A stretch of 64,000 nucleotides of DNA from an uncultured Rikenella sp. (GCA_964411345.1 CAYPKP010000005.1:2189-66188); one strand, 5' to 3'. Shown: positions 47,034 through 56,603, counted from the first letter of the stretch. Notes: generated from the letters alone by a model not told the origin. Program-made: numbers and translations.

Positions 47034-50000
47034 TCAGTTCGGTCTCTCCGTTGTTGCTCCGTCAGCTCCTTCCTCCGCGGTCAGTGCCGCGAGCCTGGAG
47101 CGCGCCTCCTCAATGATACCGTCATCCGGCACCGTATAGTAGTCAATCAGGCTCTGCAGGGTGGCTTTGGCCTGGAAGGTATCACCCTTCTTCAGGGCTA
47201 TCTCAGAGAGCAGAAGAAACACCTTGCCCGTCCAGTAGGCATGCGGCGAACTCATGTCTACAAACTGGTTGGCCTCCTTCTCCGCCCCGCTGATGTCACC
47301 TGACTGCCACAGGAGCTCCGCAACACGGTATTTTGCCTCTGCACCGTAAACCGTTGCCACCTCAGAACCCACTCTTCTGTAGTCGTCAAGCGCATCTTCA
47401 TTGTTGCCAAGACGCTGGTTTGCTTTTGCAGTAAGGAAGGTTGCCTCACGAGCCAGCTCTTCGGTCAGCTTGTCAGATTCCAGCACCAGCCCGGCGGCGG
47501 CAATGGTTTTCTCATCATCCTCAAGCCGGGCTGCCGACCTCATCATACCCAGCCATGCGTACATGCGGTTCTCCGGACTGGTTGCCTCACCACCCAGCCT
47601 TTCGTAAAGCGAGTATGACCTGCGGTAGTCGTTCTTGCCATAAGTGATGGAGGCTGCTCCGAGAAGCGACTGCTCCATGAACTGGTTGTTGCCCACATTG
47701 ACAACCTGCAGGTAGAGAGCGAGAGCCTCATCAAGGTTGCCCGACCTGTTCAGGCAGTCGGCGAGGTAGAACCTGGCATTGGTGGCAAAGTTCCCCGACG
47801 GGAAGTCACGCAGATAATCCCTGAAGATCTCCGATGAACGTTCACAGTTGCCCCTTACATACTGGTTCTCCCCTGAGATGTATGTCATTGAGTCGCGTGT
47901 GGCAACCTGGATGTCTCCCATTCCTTCAACGTTCTGCATGTATGCAAAATATGACTGCACGTCGTCCATATCGGTATAGGCGTTTCTCAGTCCGTTGACC
48001 GCATTCCGGGCCTCAGGGGTGTTCCTGAAGTTCTCAATCACCTTCTTGAACTGCGCCACGGCCTTTTCGTTCTCACCGGCATTGTAGTAAATAAGCCCAA
48101 GCTGTACCATCGCCGGTGGCACAAACTGGCTGTTGGTGTACCAGGCTATTATGTTTGTGAAATCAGCCTCACCCCTTACTGGCTGCCCGACAGCCACATA
48201 GGCCCGTCCCCGCTCAAAAAGTGCATTGGGAACGTAGGCTGACCTGGGATAGTTATCTATCAGCGAGGTCAGGGTTGATATCTTCGCCTCGTTGTTGTTG
48301 CTCAACCCAAGTGCAAATCCTTTCTGAAACATCGCATAGTCTGCATCCTGCCTTGCATTCCCGATAACCCTGTCATAGTACGCTATGGCTGACGGATAAT
48401 CTGCCTGTATGTAATAACAGTCGGCAATGCGGTTCAGGGCATCAATGACCATGTCTGAGACTGTCTCGCTCTTTACGTTACGGGTGAAAGCCAGAAAAGC
48501 AGGCAGCGCCTTCCTGTATTCACCGCTGTTGTACCATAAGTATCCGAGGTTGTAATCTGTCAGTTCATACTCGGGAAGGCTGGCTGCGGCAGGGAGCTTC
48601 CTGAAGTTCTCCCAGTCGTTGCCGGCCGCAATGACATTGCCGAGACGGTAGTTCGATTCGCCTCTCCAGTAGAGAGCCAGCGCCCTTAACTCAGGATTCA
48701 TCTCCTTGTACAGCAGCGATTTGTCGAACATAGCCACCGCATCCGCATATCTCCCGTTGCTGTAGAGCTCAACTGCGCGGTAATAGGCTACCTTCTGCCA
48801 TGCCTCCTTGAGCCTCTCATCCTTGTTGGTTATCTTCTCGAGGGAACTGAGTGCCGCCTGGTAGTTCTTCAGCCTCATGTAGGCCGATATCAGGTAGTCA
48901 TAAGCCTCCGACAGGTGGTCGGAGCCGGGATAGGCCTGTATGTAGCTGTGCAGGGCATCGATTCCCTCCCCGAACGGAGCGTAGGAGTTCTCATAGGCCA
49001 GCTTTGCAAAGTTGAAGAGAGCCTCCTCCTGCACCGCGGGGTCATAACTCATCTTTGATGCCGCCGAGAAGGCCATCTGAGCCTTTTTCTTGTCATTGCT
49101 CTTCAGATAGCACGAGCCCAGCATGTAATAGGCATTCTGTGTGAGTATGTCACTCCTTCCCACCACCTGGTTGAAGAGCCTGGTGGCTTTTTCGATCTCA
49201 TCAGTGCGATAGTAGCTGTATGCAAGCTCGTACTTGTCATTCCTGTCACTGAGCCTGGTTTCGCTGATGAACTTCTCAAGCCACGGTATCGCCTCCCTGT
49301 AATTGCCCTTCTGAAAGTGGGCGTCGCCTATGAACCGGTAGAGCTCTGTCTCCCGCTTCTTGCCAGCCTGATCAATGAGCGACGGTGCCGTCTCAAGGAT
49401 TCCGTCATAGTCCTCGTTTAAATAATAGATCTGGACGATATAGAAAGGCACCACCCCTCCGAAGGTCTCGTCACCGCGAAGCCTCTCAAAGCCCTCCAGC
49501 GCCGTTTCGTAGAAGCCGTTCTCGTATGCAATGGCCGAATGGTAATAGATGGCCGGAGAGGTGTAATCTGTGTCAACATCAATCAGCTCCGCAAAGAGCA
49601 TCTGTGCCCTCTTCTCATCACCCCGCCTGTAATGCGAATAGCCGAGCTTGAATATATACTCAGCCAGCTCCCTGTCGTCAAGCTTAAGACGGTCAGTCTG
49701 CTCAAACCAGTCGATGGCACAGCTGTAGTTTCGCTTCTGGTAGCAGTAGAGTCCCGACTCAAACCTGGCACGGTTGAGCATCGGACTCTCACTGTTGCCC
49801 GCAATAAAGCGCTGCATCCGGTATTCGGCATCGGGAGCCGTCAGACGCATGGCGGAGATGGCTGCATGATACTCGGCATCTGCCCTCTGAATGATGCTGC
49901 CGCCCTTCTCCGTGGCAAGCCATTTGTCAAACAGCTCAACGGCAGTGGCATACTTGGCCTTCCCGTACATCTCGTAAGCACTGTTCAGCAGCGAGGTCAT

Positions 50001-50090
50001 CTCTTCACCGGAGAAGGACGACTGTCCTCTGACCGCAAGGCCGCCGGTGAGCAGCACAGCAACCAAAATCACCAGTATCTTCCTGTTCAT
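47034..50090 (-). CDS. Large secreted tetratricopeptide-repeat (TPR) protein
   Basis: Signal peptide. More than 15 TPR-like units (recurring A..Y..G......Y..A...F), 1018 aa. Confidence 0.85.
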   Translation of the reverse strand: MNRKILVILVAVLLTGGLAVRGQSSFSGEEMTSLLNSAYEMYGKAKYATAVELFDKWLATEKGGSIIQRADAEYHAAISAMRLTAPDAEYRMQRFIAGNSESPMLNRARFESGLYCYQKRNYSCAIDWFEQTDRLKLDDRELAEYIFKLGYSHYRRGDEKRAQMLFAELIDVDTDYTSPAIYYHSAIAYENGFYETALEGFERLRGDETFGGVVPFYIVQIYYLNEDYDGILETAPSLIDQAGKKRETELYRFIGDAHFQKGNYREAIPWLEKFISETRLSDRNDKYELAYSYYRTDEIEKATRLFNQVVGRSDILTQNAYYMLGSCYLKSNDKKKAQMAFSAASKMSYDPAVQEEALFNFAKLAYENSYAPFGEGIDALHSYIQAYPGSDHLSEAYDYLISAYMRLKNYQAALSSLEKITNKDERLKEAWQKVAYYRAVELYSNGRYADAVAMFDKSLLYKEMNPELRALALYWRGESNYRLGNVIAAGNDWENFRKLPAAASLPEYELTDYNLGYLWYNSGEYRKALPAFLAFTRNVKSETVSDMVIDALNRIADCYYIQADYPSAIAYYDRVIGNARQDADYAMFQKGFALGLSNNNEAKISTLTSLIDNYPRSAYVPNALFERGRAYVAVGQPVRGEADFTNIIAWYTNSQFVPPAMVQLGLIYYNAGENEKAVAQFKKVIENFRNTPEARNAVNGLRNAYTDMDDVQSYFAYMQNVEGMGDIQVATRDSMTYISGENQYVRGNCERSSEIFRDYLRDFPSGNFATNARFYLADCLNRSGNLDEALALYLQVVNVGNNQFMEQSLLGAASITYGKNDYRRSYSLYERLGGEATSPENRMYAWLGMMRSAARLEDDEKTIAAAGLVLESDKLTEELAREATFLTAKANQRLGNNEDALDDYRRVGSEVATVYGAEAKYRVAELLWQSGDISGAEKEANQFVDMSSPHAYWTGKVFLLLSEIALKKGDTFQAKATLQSLIDYYTVPDDGIIEEARSRLAALTAEEGADGATTERPN

Positions 50091-50315
50091 AACTTTATCT
50101 TTTCATGAGCCTCTTGCAGCAAAAACAGCGCCACAAACCCTGGTCTGCAGACAATTCATTATAATACAACATATTGCGCTGTGATTGCGACACAGTTAAA
50201 CCAGCCGTAAAATTACAACTATAAAACAGGGTAAAAATCTCTTTAACAATCATTTTATCAACATCACTGCAGCTGATTGTTAATTCTTTTTTTAATTTGC
50301 ACGAAAAGAATCAGG

Positions 50316-51032
50316 ATGGAAGAGACCGCGCCGCTGGATACAATCATAGAACTGAAAAGCTGCTCAATCATGCAGCAGGATCACCTGGTCCTCTCTGATG
50401 TAAATCTGAAGGCTGACAAGGGAGAATTCCTCTACCTGGTTGGCAAGGTGGGGAGCGGCAAGACATCACTGATCCGGACCCTCAATGCTCAGTTGCCCCT
50501 GGCTGAAGGCGAGGGGTGGGTTGCGGGCTTTGATCTGAAGAAACTGAAGAAGAGGGATATACCATTTCTCAGGCGAAAGCTGGGTATCGTTTTCCAGGAT
50601 TTCCAGCTGCTCACCGACCGTTCGGTGCATGACAACCTGGAGTTCGTCCTCCGGGCAACGGGATGGAGTAATAAAACAGCTACCGAAGACCGCATCAAAG
50701 AGGTACTCGCAAAGGTCGGTCTGCAAAACAAGGGATTCAAGATGCCCCACCAGCTCTCCGGAGGTGAGCAGCAGAGGGTGGTTATCGCACGTGCCCTGCT
50801 GAATGACCCTGAGATCATACTGGCTGACGAGCCTACAGGCAACCTTGACCCCGAGACATCCGAGGATATCCATATCCTGCTGAAGGAGATAAGCAACAAC
50901 GGAAGGGCAGTGATAATGTCGACACACAAGCTGTCACTGGTGAAGAAGTACCCCGCCAGAACTCTCAGGTGCGAAAACGGCAAAGTAGTTGAGAGTGAGT
51001 CCAATGATCAGGTGATAGAGCTGCTCTTCTGA
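50316..51032 (+). CDS. ftsE: Cell-division ABC ATPase FtsE-like
   Basis: Walker A GKVGSGKTSL, FQDFQLL, signature LSGGEQQRV, and Walker B ILADEPTGNLD. I chose the ATG at 50316 because the listed start is a TTG. No ftsX is adjacent. Confidence 0.8.
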   Translation: MEETAPLDTIIELKSCSIMQQDHLVLSDVNLKADKGEFLYLVGKVGSGKTSLIRTLNAQLPLAEGEGWVAGFDLKKLKKRDIPFLRRKLGIVFQDFQLLTDRSVHDNLEFVLRATGWSNKTATEDRIKEVLAKVGLQNKGFKMPHQLSGGEQQRVVIARALLNDPEIILADEPTGNLDPETSEDIHILLKEISNNGRAVIMSTHKLSLVKKYPARTLRCENGKVVESESNDQVIELLF

Positions 51033-51938
51033 TCACTTCAGAAGTCTTGCCGGCCATGGCAGCCTGTTCCTGTATAGTCTGTAATAGCGGGTTTTTGTTC
51101 CCCCGAACGACTTCATGAACATGGCTATTGAGGGAACCGACGACCCGGCGAAATCGAGGGTGACGTTACTCCCTGCACCGGTTCTGATGATATGATCAAT
51201 GACATGGTAGGCAGTCCTCAGCTCACGGCTCTTCCTGCTTCCTGCAGTGAAGAGCATTGTTATTCTTGACCGGTAATCTATGCAGAAGACGCCCCACAGC
51301 AGTTTTCCCTTAGGTGATCTGACACCCAGTATCCTTCCCTTTCCTGTTTCAGTACAGTGATGCATCAGCTCCCGGAGGCGTTTGTAGCCGGATTCCCGTA
51401 TGACGCCGGCCCTCTTGCCTATGTTGCTCCTGAAGAGAGCTATGACTTCATGAGGCGTCACATCATCCACAATATCCTGGGGATAGCGATGAGCTATGTT
51501 GATGTTCCTCCGGCAATCGGTGGAATAGTTGAGCCAAATCTCCTCGTAAGGCCTGTCGAGTCCCAGCTCAAAGTTGTCACGTGGTGTGAGGGCAAATCCC
51601 GGAAGCCGGACCTCCTGGCCTATGTTGAGATCAATCAGCCTGTAGAAATCCGGCATGAAGGCGACAAACTCGCCGGCTATCCTGGCACTGTCGCCGTCAG
51701 CGGTAAACAGCCCCAGTTGCTGAAGAAACAGCGGTGTTGCGATATAGCTGAAGCCGTACTTGCGCGAAGAGGGAAGCGGAAAGAGTGACAGGTAGTCGTC
51801 ATCCACGAGGGCATCCCAGCCCGGGGCCATGATATCAAGGTACCATGACCAGGGATAGGGTTTAAGTCCGGGTATCTCCGCCAGGGAGTCGTCCCATCTG
51901 CGACGGTCTATCTCTTCATTTTTGAGGTAGGTGATCAT
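51033..51938 (-). CDS. FemAB-like/GNAT-fold acyltransferase family protein (function unknown)
   Basis: The ATG at 51938 overlaps the upstream stop (ATGA). The C-terminal half (LWGVFCIDYRSRITMLFTAGSRKSRELRTAYHVIDHII...LDFAGS) resembles the FemAB-like GNAT domain. Confidence 0.55.
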   Translation of the reverse strand: MITYLKNEEIDRRRWDDSLAEIPGLKPYPWSWYLDIMAPGWDALVDDDYLSLFPLPSSRKYGFSYIATPLFLQQLGLFTADGDSARIAGEFVAFMPDFYRLIDLNIGQEVRLPGFALTPRDNFELGLDRPYEEIWLNYSTDCRRNINIAHRYPQDIVDDVTPHEVIALFRSNIGKRAGVIRESGYKRLRELMHHCTETGKGRILGVRSPKGKLLWGVFCIDYRSRITMLFTAGSRKSRELRTAYHVIDHIIRTGAGSNVTLDFAGSSVPSIAMFMKSFGGTKTRYYRLYRNRLPWPARLLK

Positions 51939-53239
51939 GGCTTCTGCAGTGCCAGGGTTTCCTCGAACACTTTTCTCCAACCCTCCCATCCGTTCGATTC
52001 GGAGAGCGATGTGTTGTGCCAGACGGATACGAAGAGACCTCCCACACGCCTGGTGGCATTGACAAGTGATCTTATTACCGCGATGGATGCCTCAGGGGTC
52101 AGAAGACGGTACTGCCTCAGGGTCCCGTCCATAACCTGGAACGGCACGATGCTAAGCCCGGTGCGCCTCTCGCGCGAAAGATCATAGAAGTGAAACGGCC
52201 GGGCCATGCCTGCCCTGAAGCCGGGCTCGTCGGCATAACCCATGGTGTAGTCGTGCTTTATCCCGGCACTCTCCCATGCCTGGTATGTTTCCGGCATGCG
52301 CAGAAGAAGCCAGTGCTGGCGTGCATGTTCCGGATGATGACCTGTGATATGGTTATATCGCTCAGTCTCCATCTTCAGGATTTTGGGCCTTCCTGCAGAG
52401 CGGTATGACGGATGGATGCCGCTGCCGAACATGACATCGTATTTTCTTATTATCTCACCGTAGTCATGATCACGGTGGGGAGGGTTGTGATCATACTCAC
52501 CCTGGTCACCCGTGGGGAAGAAAAAGAGTGCCTCAATGCCGTGCCGCGCTATCTGATCCTCAATATAACCGAAACTGTCATATGGATCGGGCATGGCCCC
52601 GGTCATGGTCCGGACCCTTTCCGTTGCCTTTGCGCCTGTTCCGGCAAGACCCTTGACCAGCCCTCCCATGCTGCGGAGAAATCCGCGGCTGCGGTAGGCA
52701 AAAGGCTGATCGACATCCAGAGTGAGCATCGACCGGAACTCGTTGTGCCTGATGGTGATGACAGGAAAATGCCTTACCAGCTCCTCCGCCAGTAAGCGGG
52801 CCCAGAGCTCCACAACCGGCATCTGCAGGAAACCTCCACGGTATGCCAGCGACCTCTCCCCGGGAAACCTGCCGTGGACGTCGGGAGCAAAGGAGAGATA
52901 CTCCTCATACCTGGTGACCATGTAAAAAGTGGCAGAGAAAATGTCAAAGGGAAATGTTCCGTCATCAGCAGGAAAAATGACTGGCACTTCACCGGTGAAT
53001 GAGACATCCGGACTTATCTCCCTGACTACCGTCTCGGAAAGGAGTCCGGACGGCCTCACTACAAACCGGTCCCTGACCTTCTCCCCGGAGTAGATAATGG
53101 CAGGAGATGTCCCTAGCCTCCTGCGGTCTGTCGTTATCTCATACTCAATGCCGAGAATGGTTGAGAAGATAATCTCAGCAGCATATTCCAGCCTGGGGGT
53201 GACCTCCGGAGAATAGATCCTGAGCTTTTTAGTTCCCAT
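51935..53239 (-). CDS. Polysaccharide-deacetylase-like (CE4-related) protein with an N-terminal uncharacterised domain
   Basis: I chose the ATG at 53239. LTLDVDQPFAY and GIHPSY ... HWLLL resemble degenerate NodB motifs. Length is about 434 aa. Confidence 0.55.
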   Translation of the reverse strand: MGTKKLRIYSPEVTPRLEYAAEIIFSTILGIEYEITTDRRRLGTSPAIIYSGEKVRDRFVVRPSGLLSETVVREISPDVSFTGEVPVIFPADDGTFPFDIFSATFYMVTRYEEYLSFAPDVHGRFPGERSLAYRGGFLQMPVVELWARLLAEELVRHFPVITIRHNEFRSMLTLDVDQPFAYRSRGFLRSMGGLVKGLAGTGAKATERVRTMTGAMPDPYDSFGYIEDQIARHGIEALFFFPTGDQGEYDHNPPHRDHDYGEIIRKYDVMFGSGIHPSYRSAGRPKILKMETERYNHITGHHPEHARQHWLLLRMPETYQAWESAGIKHDYTMGYADEPGFRAGMARPFHFYDLSRERRTGLSIVPFQVMDGTLRQYRLLTPEASIAVIRSLVNATRRVGGLFVSVWHNTSLSESNGWEGWRKVFEETLALQKP

Positions 53240-53379
53240 GTCAGCAAATTTAAAAAAAGGAGAGATAAGCAACCAGTTGTTTAGCCTCTTATTTATTAAC
53301 AGAAATGCTTTTAAGAGAGGCAAATTTTACTATTTTTGTTCTCTCTGTTATCTGATCTTTCAACTTAACTAAATATATT

Positions 53380-53694
53380 ATGGGCAAAGGTGATAAGAAA
53401 TCCAGGAGGGGAAAAATAATCAGAGGCACCTACGGCGTACTCCGCAAGAGAAAGAAAAAGGAGGGTGTTGCTCCGCCACTGCCGAAGGATGAGGTAAAGA
53501 AAACTGCAGAGGTCACGGAGACAAAGAGCAGCACCGGGAAGACAACACCAAAGACGGCTAAGCCCAAACCGGCCGCAAAGCCTGCTGCCAGGGCAGCAGC
53601 AAAGAAGAGCGATGAGGAGAAGAAGCCTGCGGCAGCAAAGACAGCCAAAACTGCAACAAAGGCTAAAAAAACCTCGGAAAGCAAGGAAGAATAG
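53380..53694 (+). CDS. 30S ribosomal protein bTHX with a long Lys/Ala/Pro/Thr-rich C-terminal extension
   Basis: The N-terminus MGKGDKKSRRGKIIRGTYGVLRKRKKK matches the THX peptide pattern. About 75 further residues are low-complexity basic sequence (TAKPKPAAKPAARAAAKK...). Confidence 0.7.
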   Translation: MGKGDKKSRRGKIIRGTYGVLRKRKKKEGVAPPLPKDEVKKTAEVTETKSSTGKTTPKTAKPKPAAKPAARAAAKKSDEEKKPAAAKTAKTATKAKKTSESKEE

Positions 53695-53755
53695 GTTTCA
53701 GAAGTCACTGTACAGGGAGATTTAAGAAATCAGGATACCCTTCAGAATACCGGTA

Positions 53756-53857
53756 GGTTTCAGCAACCGGAATGCCGGAAGGTTTCAGCAATCGGAATGC
53801 CGGAAGGTTTCAGCATTCAGGATAGCCGGAGGGTTCAACAGTCAGGATACCGATATC
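53756..53857. repeat. About 25-bp tandem repeat x4 (GGTTTCAGCAAYCGGAATGCCGGAA consensus, decaying at the right end)
   Basis: Units at 53756-53780 and 53781-53805 (24/25 identical), 53806-53830, and 53832-53857. Weaker related sequence extends back to about 53695. The last unit overlaps the 3' end of the convergent TPP-enzyme gene. Confidence 0.9.
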
Positions 53858-55578
53858 AGATCTCCGTACACGGAGGGGTCAACCGTTGCCTCAATGATTG
53901 TGCTGCCGGCTGACTGGAGGGCCCTGCCAACGGCAGTGCGCATCTGGTCTGCTTTTGATACCCGGATGACATCAGCACCAAGGAACCTTTCGGCACCAAA
54001 GAGAGAACCCCTGTAGAGCTGCATGGCCGATGACTGAACATTCCTGTGTGACTCCTTGATCTTTATCAGGTTAAGCTCACCGTCGGAGAGGACAACCACG
54101 ATGATCTTCAGGCCCAGCCTTCGGGCAGTGATCATCTCGCCTGCATGCATCAGCATCCCCCCGTCTCCCGTCACGCATACGACGGTACTGCCAGGTTCGG
54201 TCAGCGCTGCTGCAAGTGCTGCCGGCAACCCGAATCCCATGGATGACCAGCCGTTCGTCATCAGGAGCTTTCCCCCCGGCGGCACCTCCCACATCTGTCC
54301 CAGGAGGTGAAGGTGCGACCCCACATCAGCGGTGACGACACTGTTAGAGGGTAACATCTCCTGCAAAACCGTCAGGAGAGTTACAGGATTGAATCCGGGA
54401 ACCTTGCCGTAAATCAAATTCCGCAGCTCACTCCTCACCTCCGCAGCCAGACCTGTCATCTCCGGGGAGCTTCTCAGCGGCGCCAGGGCCTCAAGCCATT
54501 TGCCAGGTGCCGACACGCTCGTGATGGCACCCCTGATGCGCAGATCCGGGACACGTGTGTCAAAGTGAATCAGCGGCACGTCCGGCAGCCACGATTCATA
54601 ATTGTACTCAACGGGGTCATAGCCCAGCCCTATGACCAGATCAGCCATATCCACCAACCTCTTCAGCCTGTCACTGAGGGCATGAAACAGCACCCCTGCA
54701 AAGGAGGGGTGACCCGAAGGGATCACCCCCTTGGCCATTGGGGTGACCACCACAGGCACACCGTGCCTGTCCAGGTACTTTTGCAGGGCTTCCCCGATGC
54801 CGGCACGGGCTGCAGTGAGCCCCACCGCAATCAACGGCCTGCGCGCCGAGGCTGTCAGAACCCTGATACGTTCGCCGGCCTGACCCGGCTCATCTCCGGG
54901 AGAGCCATGACCCGGATATCTGCTTTTTTCATCAACACCCGGGGTGACTGCGGCAGAACCATCACTGTTCATGGCTACGCCTGCACCGTGAACTGGCGGG
55001 GAAGCATCATGGCGGGAGACACCTCCGGTCTCCGGTCTGCCGGACCTCTCACCTGCTGCCTCATTAACGCCTCTGGTCCTCAAGGCATCCCTGCCTGCCA
55101 GGTCCGCAGGCAAGCCAATATGTACAGGGCCCGGATACTCTTCATTGGCCAGCTCCAGGCTCCGGCACAGCATCTCCTTCGCATCGCCGGCGGTGAGCCT
55201 CAGGGTAGACTTTGTCAGCGGACGAAACAGCACCTGATGGTCAATATGCATCTGGGTGGTTCGCCCAAGCCATTCGTCTGACACCTCTGATGTAAGAGCC
55301 AGCACCGGAGAACGGTCCAGGAGAGCTCCCCCGACGCCGGAGGCCAGGTTTACAGCCCCCGGACCGTAGGTGGCGTGACATACCCCGGTGACACCTGTAA
55401 GACGGGCTGTGACATCAGCCATCACAGCAGCTGACGCCTCGTGTGAGGTCAGTATAAACTCAATGCCCTCCCTGCGAAAGGCCTCCATATACGGCAGTGA
55501 CGGCCCTCCCGGAATGCCAAACACCCTCCTTATTCCGTGATCCCTGAGCCTGCGGGCAAGAAGATCTTCTGCTTTCAT
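53842..55578 (-). CDS. Thiamine-diphosphate-dependent enzyme (acetolactate synthase large-subunit-like)
   Basis: N-terminal Pyr domain (RRVFGIPGGPSLPYMEAF...HEASAAVMA) and the TPP-binding motif TGDGGMLMHAGEMITARRLGLKIIVVVLSDGELN. I chose the ATG at 55578. Confidence 0.85.
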   Translation of the reverse strand: MKAEDLLARRLRDHGIRRVFGIPGGPSLPYMEAFRREGIEFILTSHEASAAVMADVTARLTGVTGVCHATYGPGAVNLASGVGGALLDRSPVLALTSEVSDEWLGRTTQMHIDHQVLFRPLTKSTLRLTAGDAKEMLCRSLELANEEYPGPVHIGLPADLAGRDALRTRGVNEAAGERSGRPETGGVSRHDASPPVHGAGVAMNSDGSAAVTPGVDEKSRYPGHGSPGDEPGQAGERIRVLTASARRPLIAVGLTAARAGIGEALQKYLDRHGVPVVVTPMAKGVIPSGHPSFAGVLFHALSDRLKRLVDMADLVIGLGYDPVEYNYESWLPDVPLIHFDTRVPDLRIRGAITSVSAPGKWLEALAPLRSSPEMTGLAAEVRSELRNLIYGKVPGFNPVTLLTVLQEMLPSNSVVTADVGSHLHLLGQMWEVPPGGKLLMTNGWSSMGFGLPAALAAALTEPGSTVVCVTGDGGMLMHAGEMITARRLGLKIIVVVLSDGELNLIKIKESHRNVQSSAMQLYRGSLFGAERFLGADVIRVSKADQMRTAVGRALQSAGSTIIEATVDPSVYGDLISVS

Positions 55579-55658
55579 AAAAAAATTTTTTCTGTCATAA
55601 ATGTAATCAATCAGCGAAACAAAAAAACCGCGATCTTTGCTCACCTTTGAGAGCCCCA

Positions 55659-56603
55659 ATGAAAGACCAGCACTACAACACCATCTTCTGGGCCATAGTC
55701 ACCTGCCTGATGTGGTCCACGGCGTATCCTTTCATCAAGATAGGACTGCAATATTCGACACCGATACATTTCGCGGGTACCCGCTTCATGCTGGCGGGAC
55801 TGATGATCCTACCCTTCACCGTCAGGCCGCGGCTGTACATCAGGATGATACTTGAAAACAAAGGACTGGCGGTATGGGTCACAGTACTGCAGGTGCTCGT
55901 CAACTATACCCTATTCTACAAGGGGATGGACCGCGTGCCAGGTGCGCTGGGAGCAGTAATCGTGGGAGCTCAGCCTTTCGTGACTGCCATAGTGTCACGC
56001 ATGATGATAAAAGAGGAACGGTTCAGCCGCGCCAAAGTGATCACTATTTTCTTCGGCCTGGCAGGAATAGTGCTGGTGAGCGCGGGCAGGCAAGGGTTTC
56101 GGTTCGGCCTGCCGGGCGAGATGGCAGGTGTGATAATGATCTTTATCGCAAACATCTCCACAGCCACAAGCAATGTGCTTGTCTCAAAGAACGGCAAAAA
56201 TATGAACCCTGTGGTGCTCAGCTCCTTCTCACTGCTGGCAGGAGGATTGATTATGTTCGGGGCTTCGTTCTTTATGGAGGCAGTGCCGCAGAAGCCTGAC
56301 TTCCCGTTTCATTACTGGCTGGTGCTCGCATGGCTCTCCTTCATGTCTGCCTTCACCTTCTCAAAATGGTATGTGCTGCTCAAGAGACCGGGAGTGAAAG
56401 TCTCCGAACTGAACCTCTGGAAGTTCATCCTTCCCGTCTTCGGGGCCATACTGAGCTGGATGATCGTTCCCGGAGAGAATGCTGACTGGGTGACTGTAAC
56501 CGGGATGGTGATAATCTCGTTCTCCCTGATATGGTTCTTCGGTGTCGCCGGCAGACGTGAGCGCAGGGCCGAAGTGATCCCCGCCGGACCGGTTGCCAAA
56601 TAA
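55659..56603 (+). CDS. DMT superfamily transporter (two EamA domains)
   Basis: 10-TM layout. N-terminus WAIVTCLMWSTAYPFIKIGL. I chose the ATG at 55659 because the listed start is a TTG. Confidence 0.85.
   Translation: MKDQHYNTIFWAIVTCLMWSTAYPFIKIGLQYSTPIHFAGTRFMLAGLMILPFTVRPRLYIRMILENKGLAVWVTVLQVLVNYTLFYKGMDRVPGALGAVIVGAQPFVTAIVSRMMIKEERFSRAKVITIFFGLAGIVLVSAGRQGFRFGLPGEMAGVIMIFIANISTATSNVLVSKNGKNMNPVVLSSFSLLAGGLIMFGASFFMEAVPQKPDFPFHYWLVLAWLSFMSAFTFSKWYVLLKRPGVKVSELNLWKFILPVFGAILSWMIVPGENADWVTVTGMVIISFSLIWFFGVAGRRERRAEVIPAGPVAK

Noticed and set aside
53756-53857. Possible CRISPR array
   Set aside because: The 25-bp units are contiguous with no unique spacers, decay progressively, and no cas genes are present in the window.
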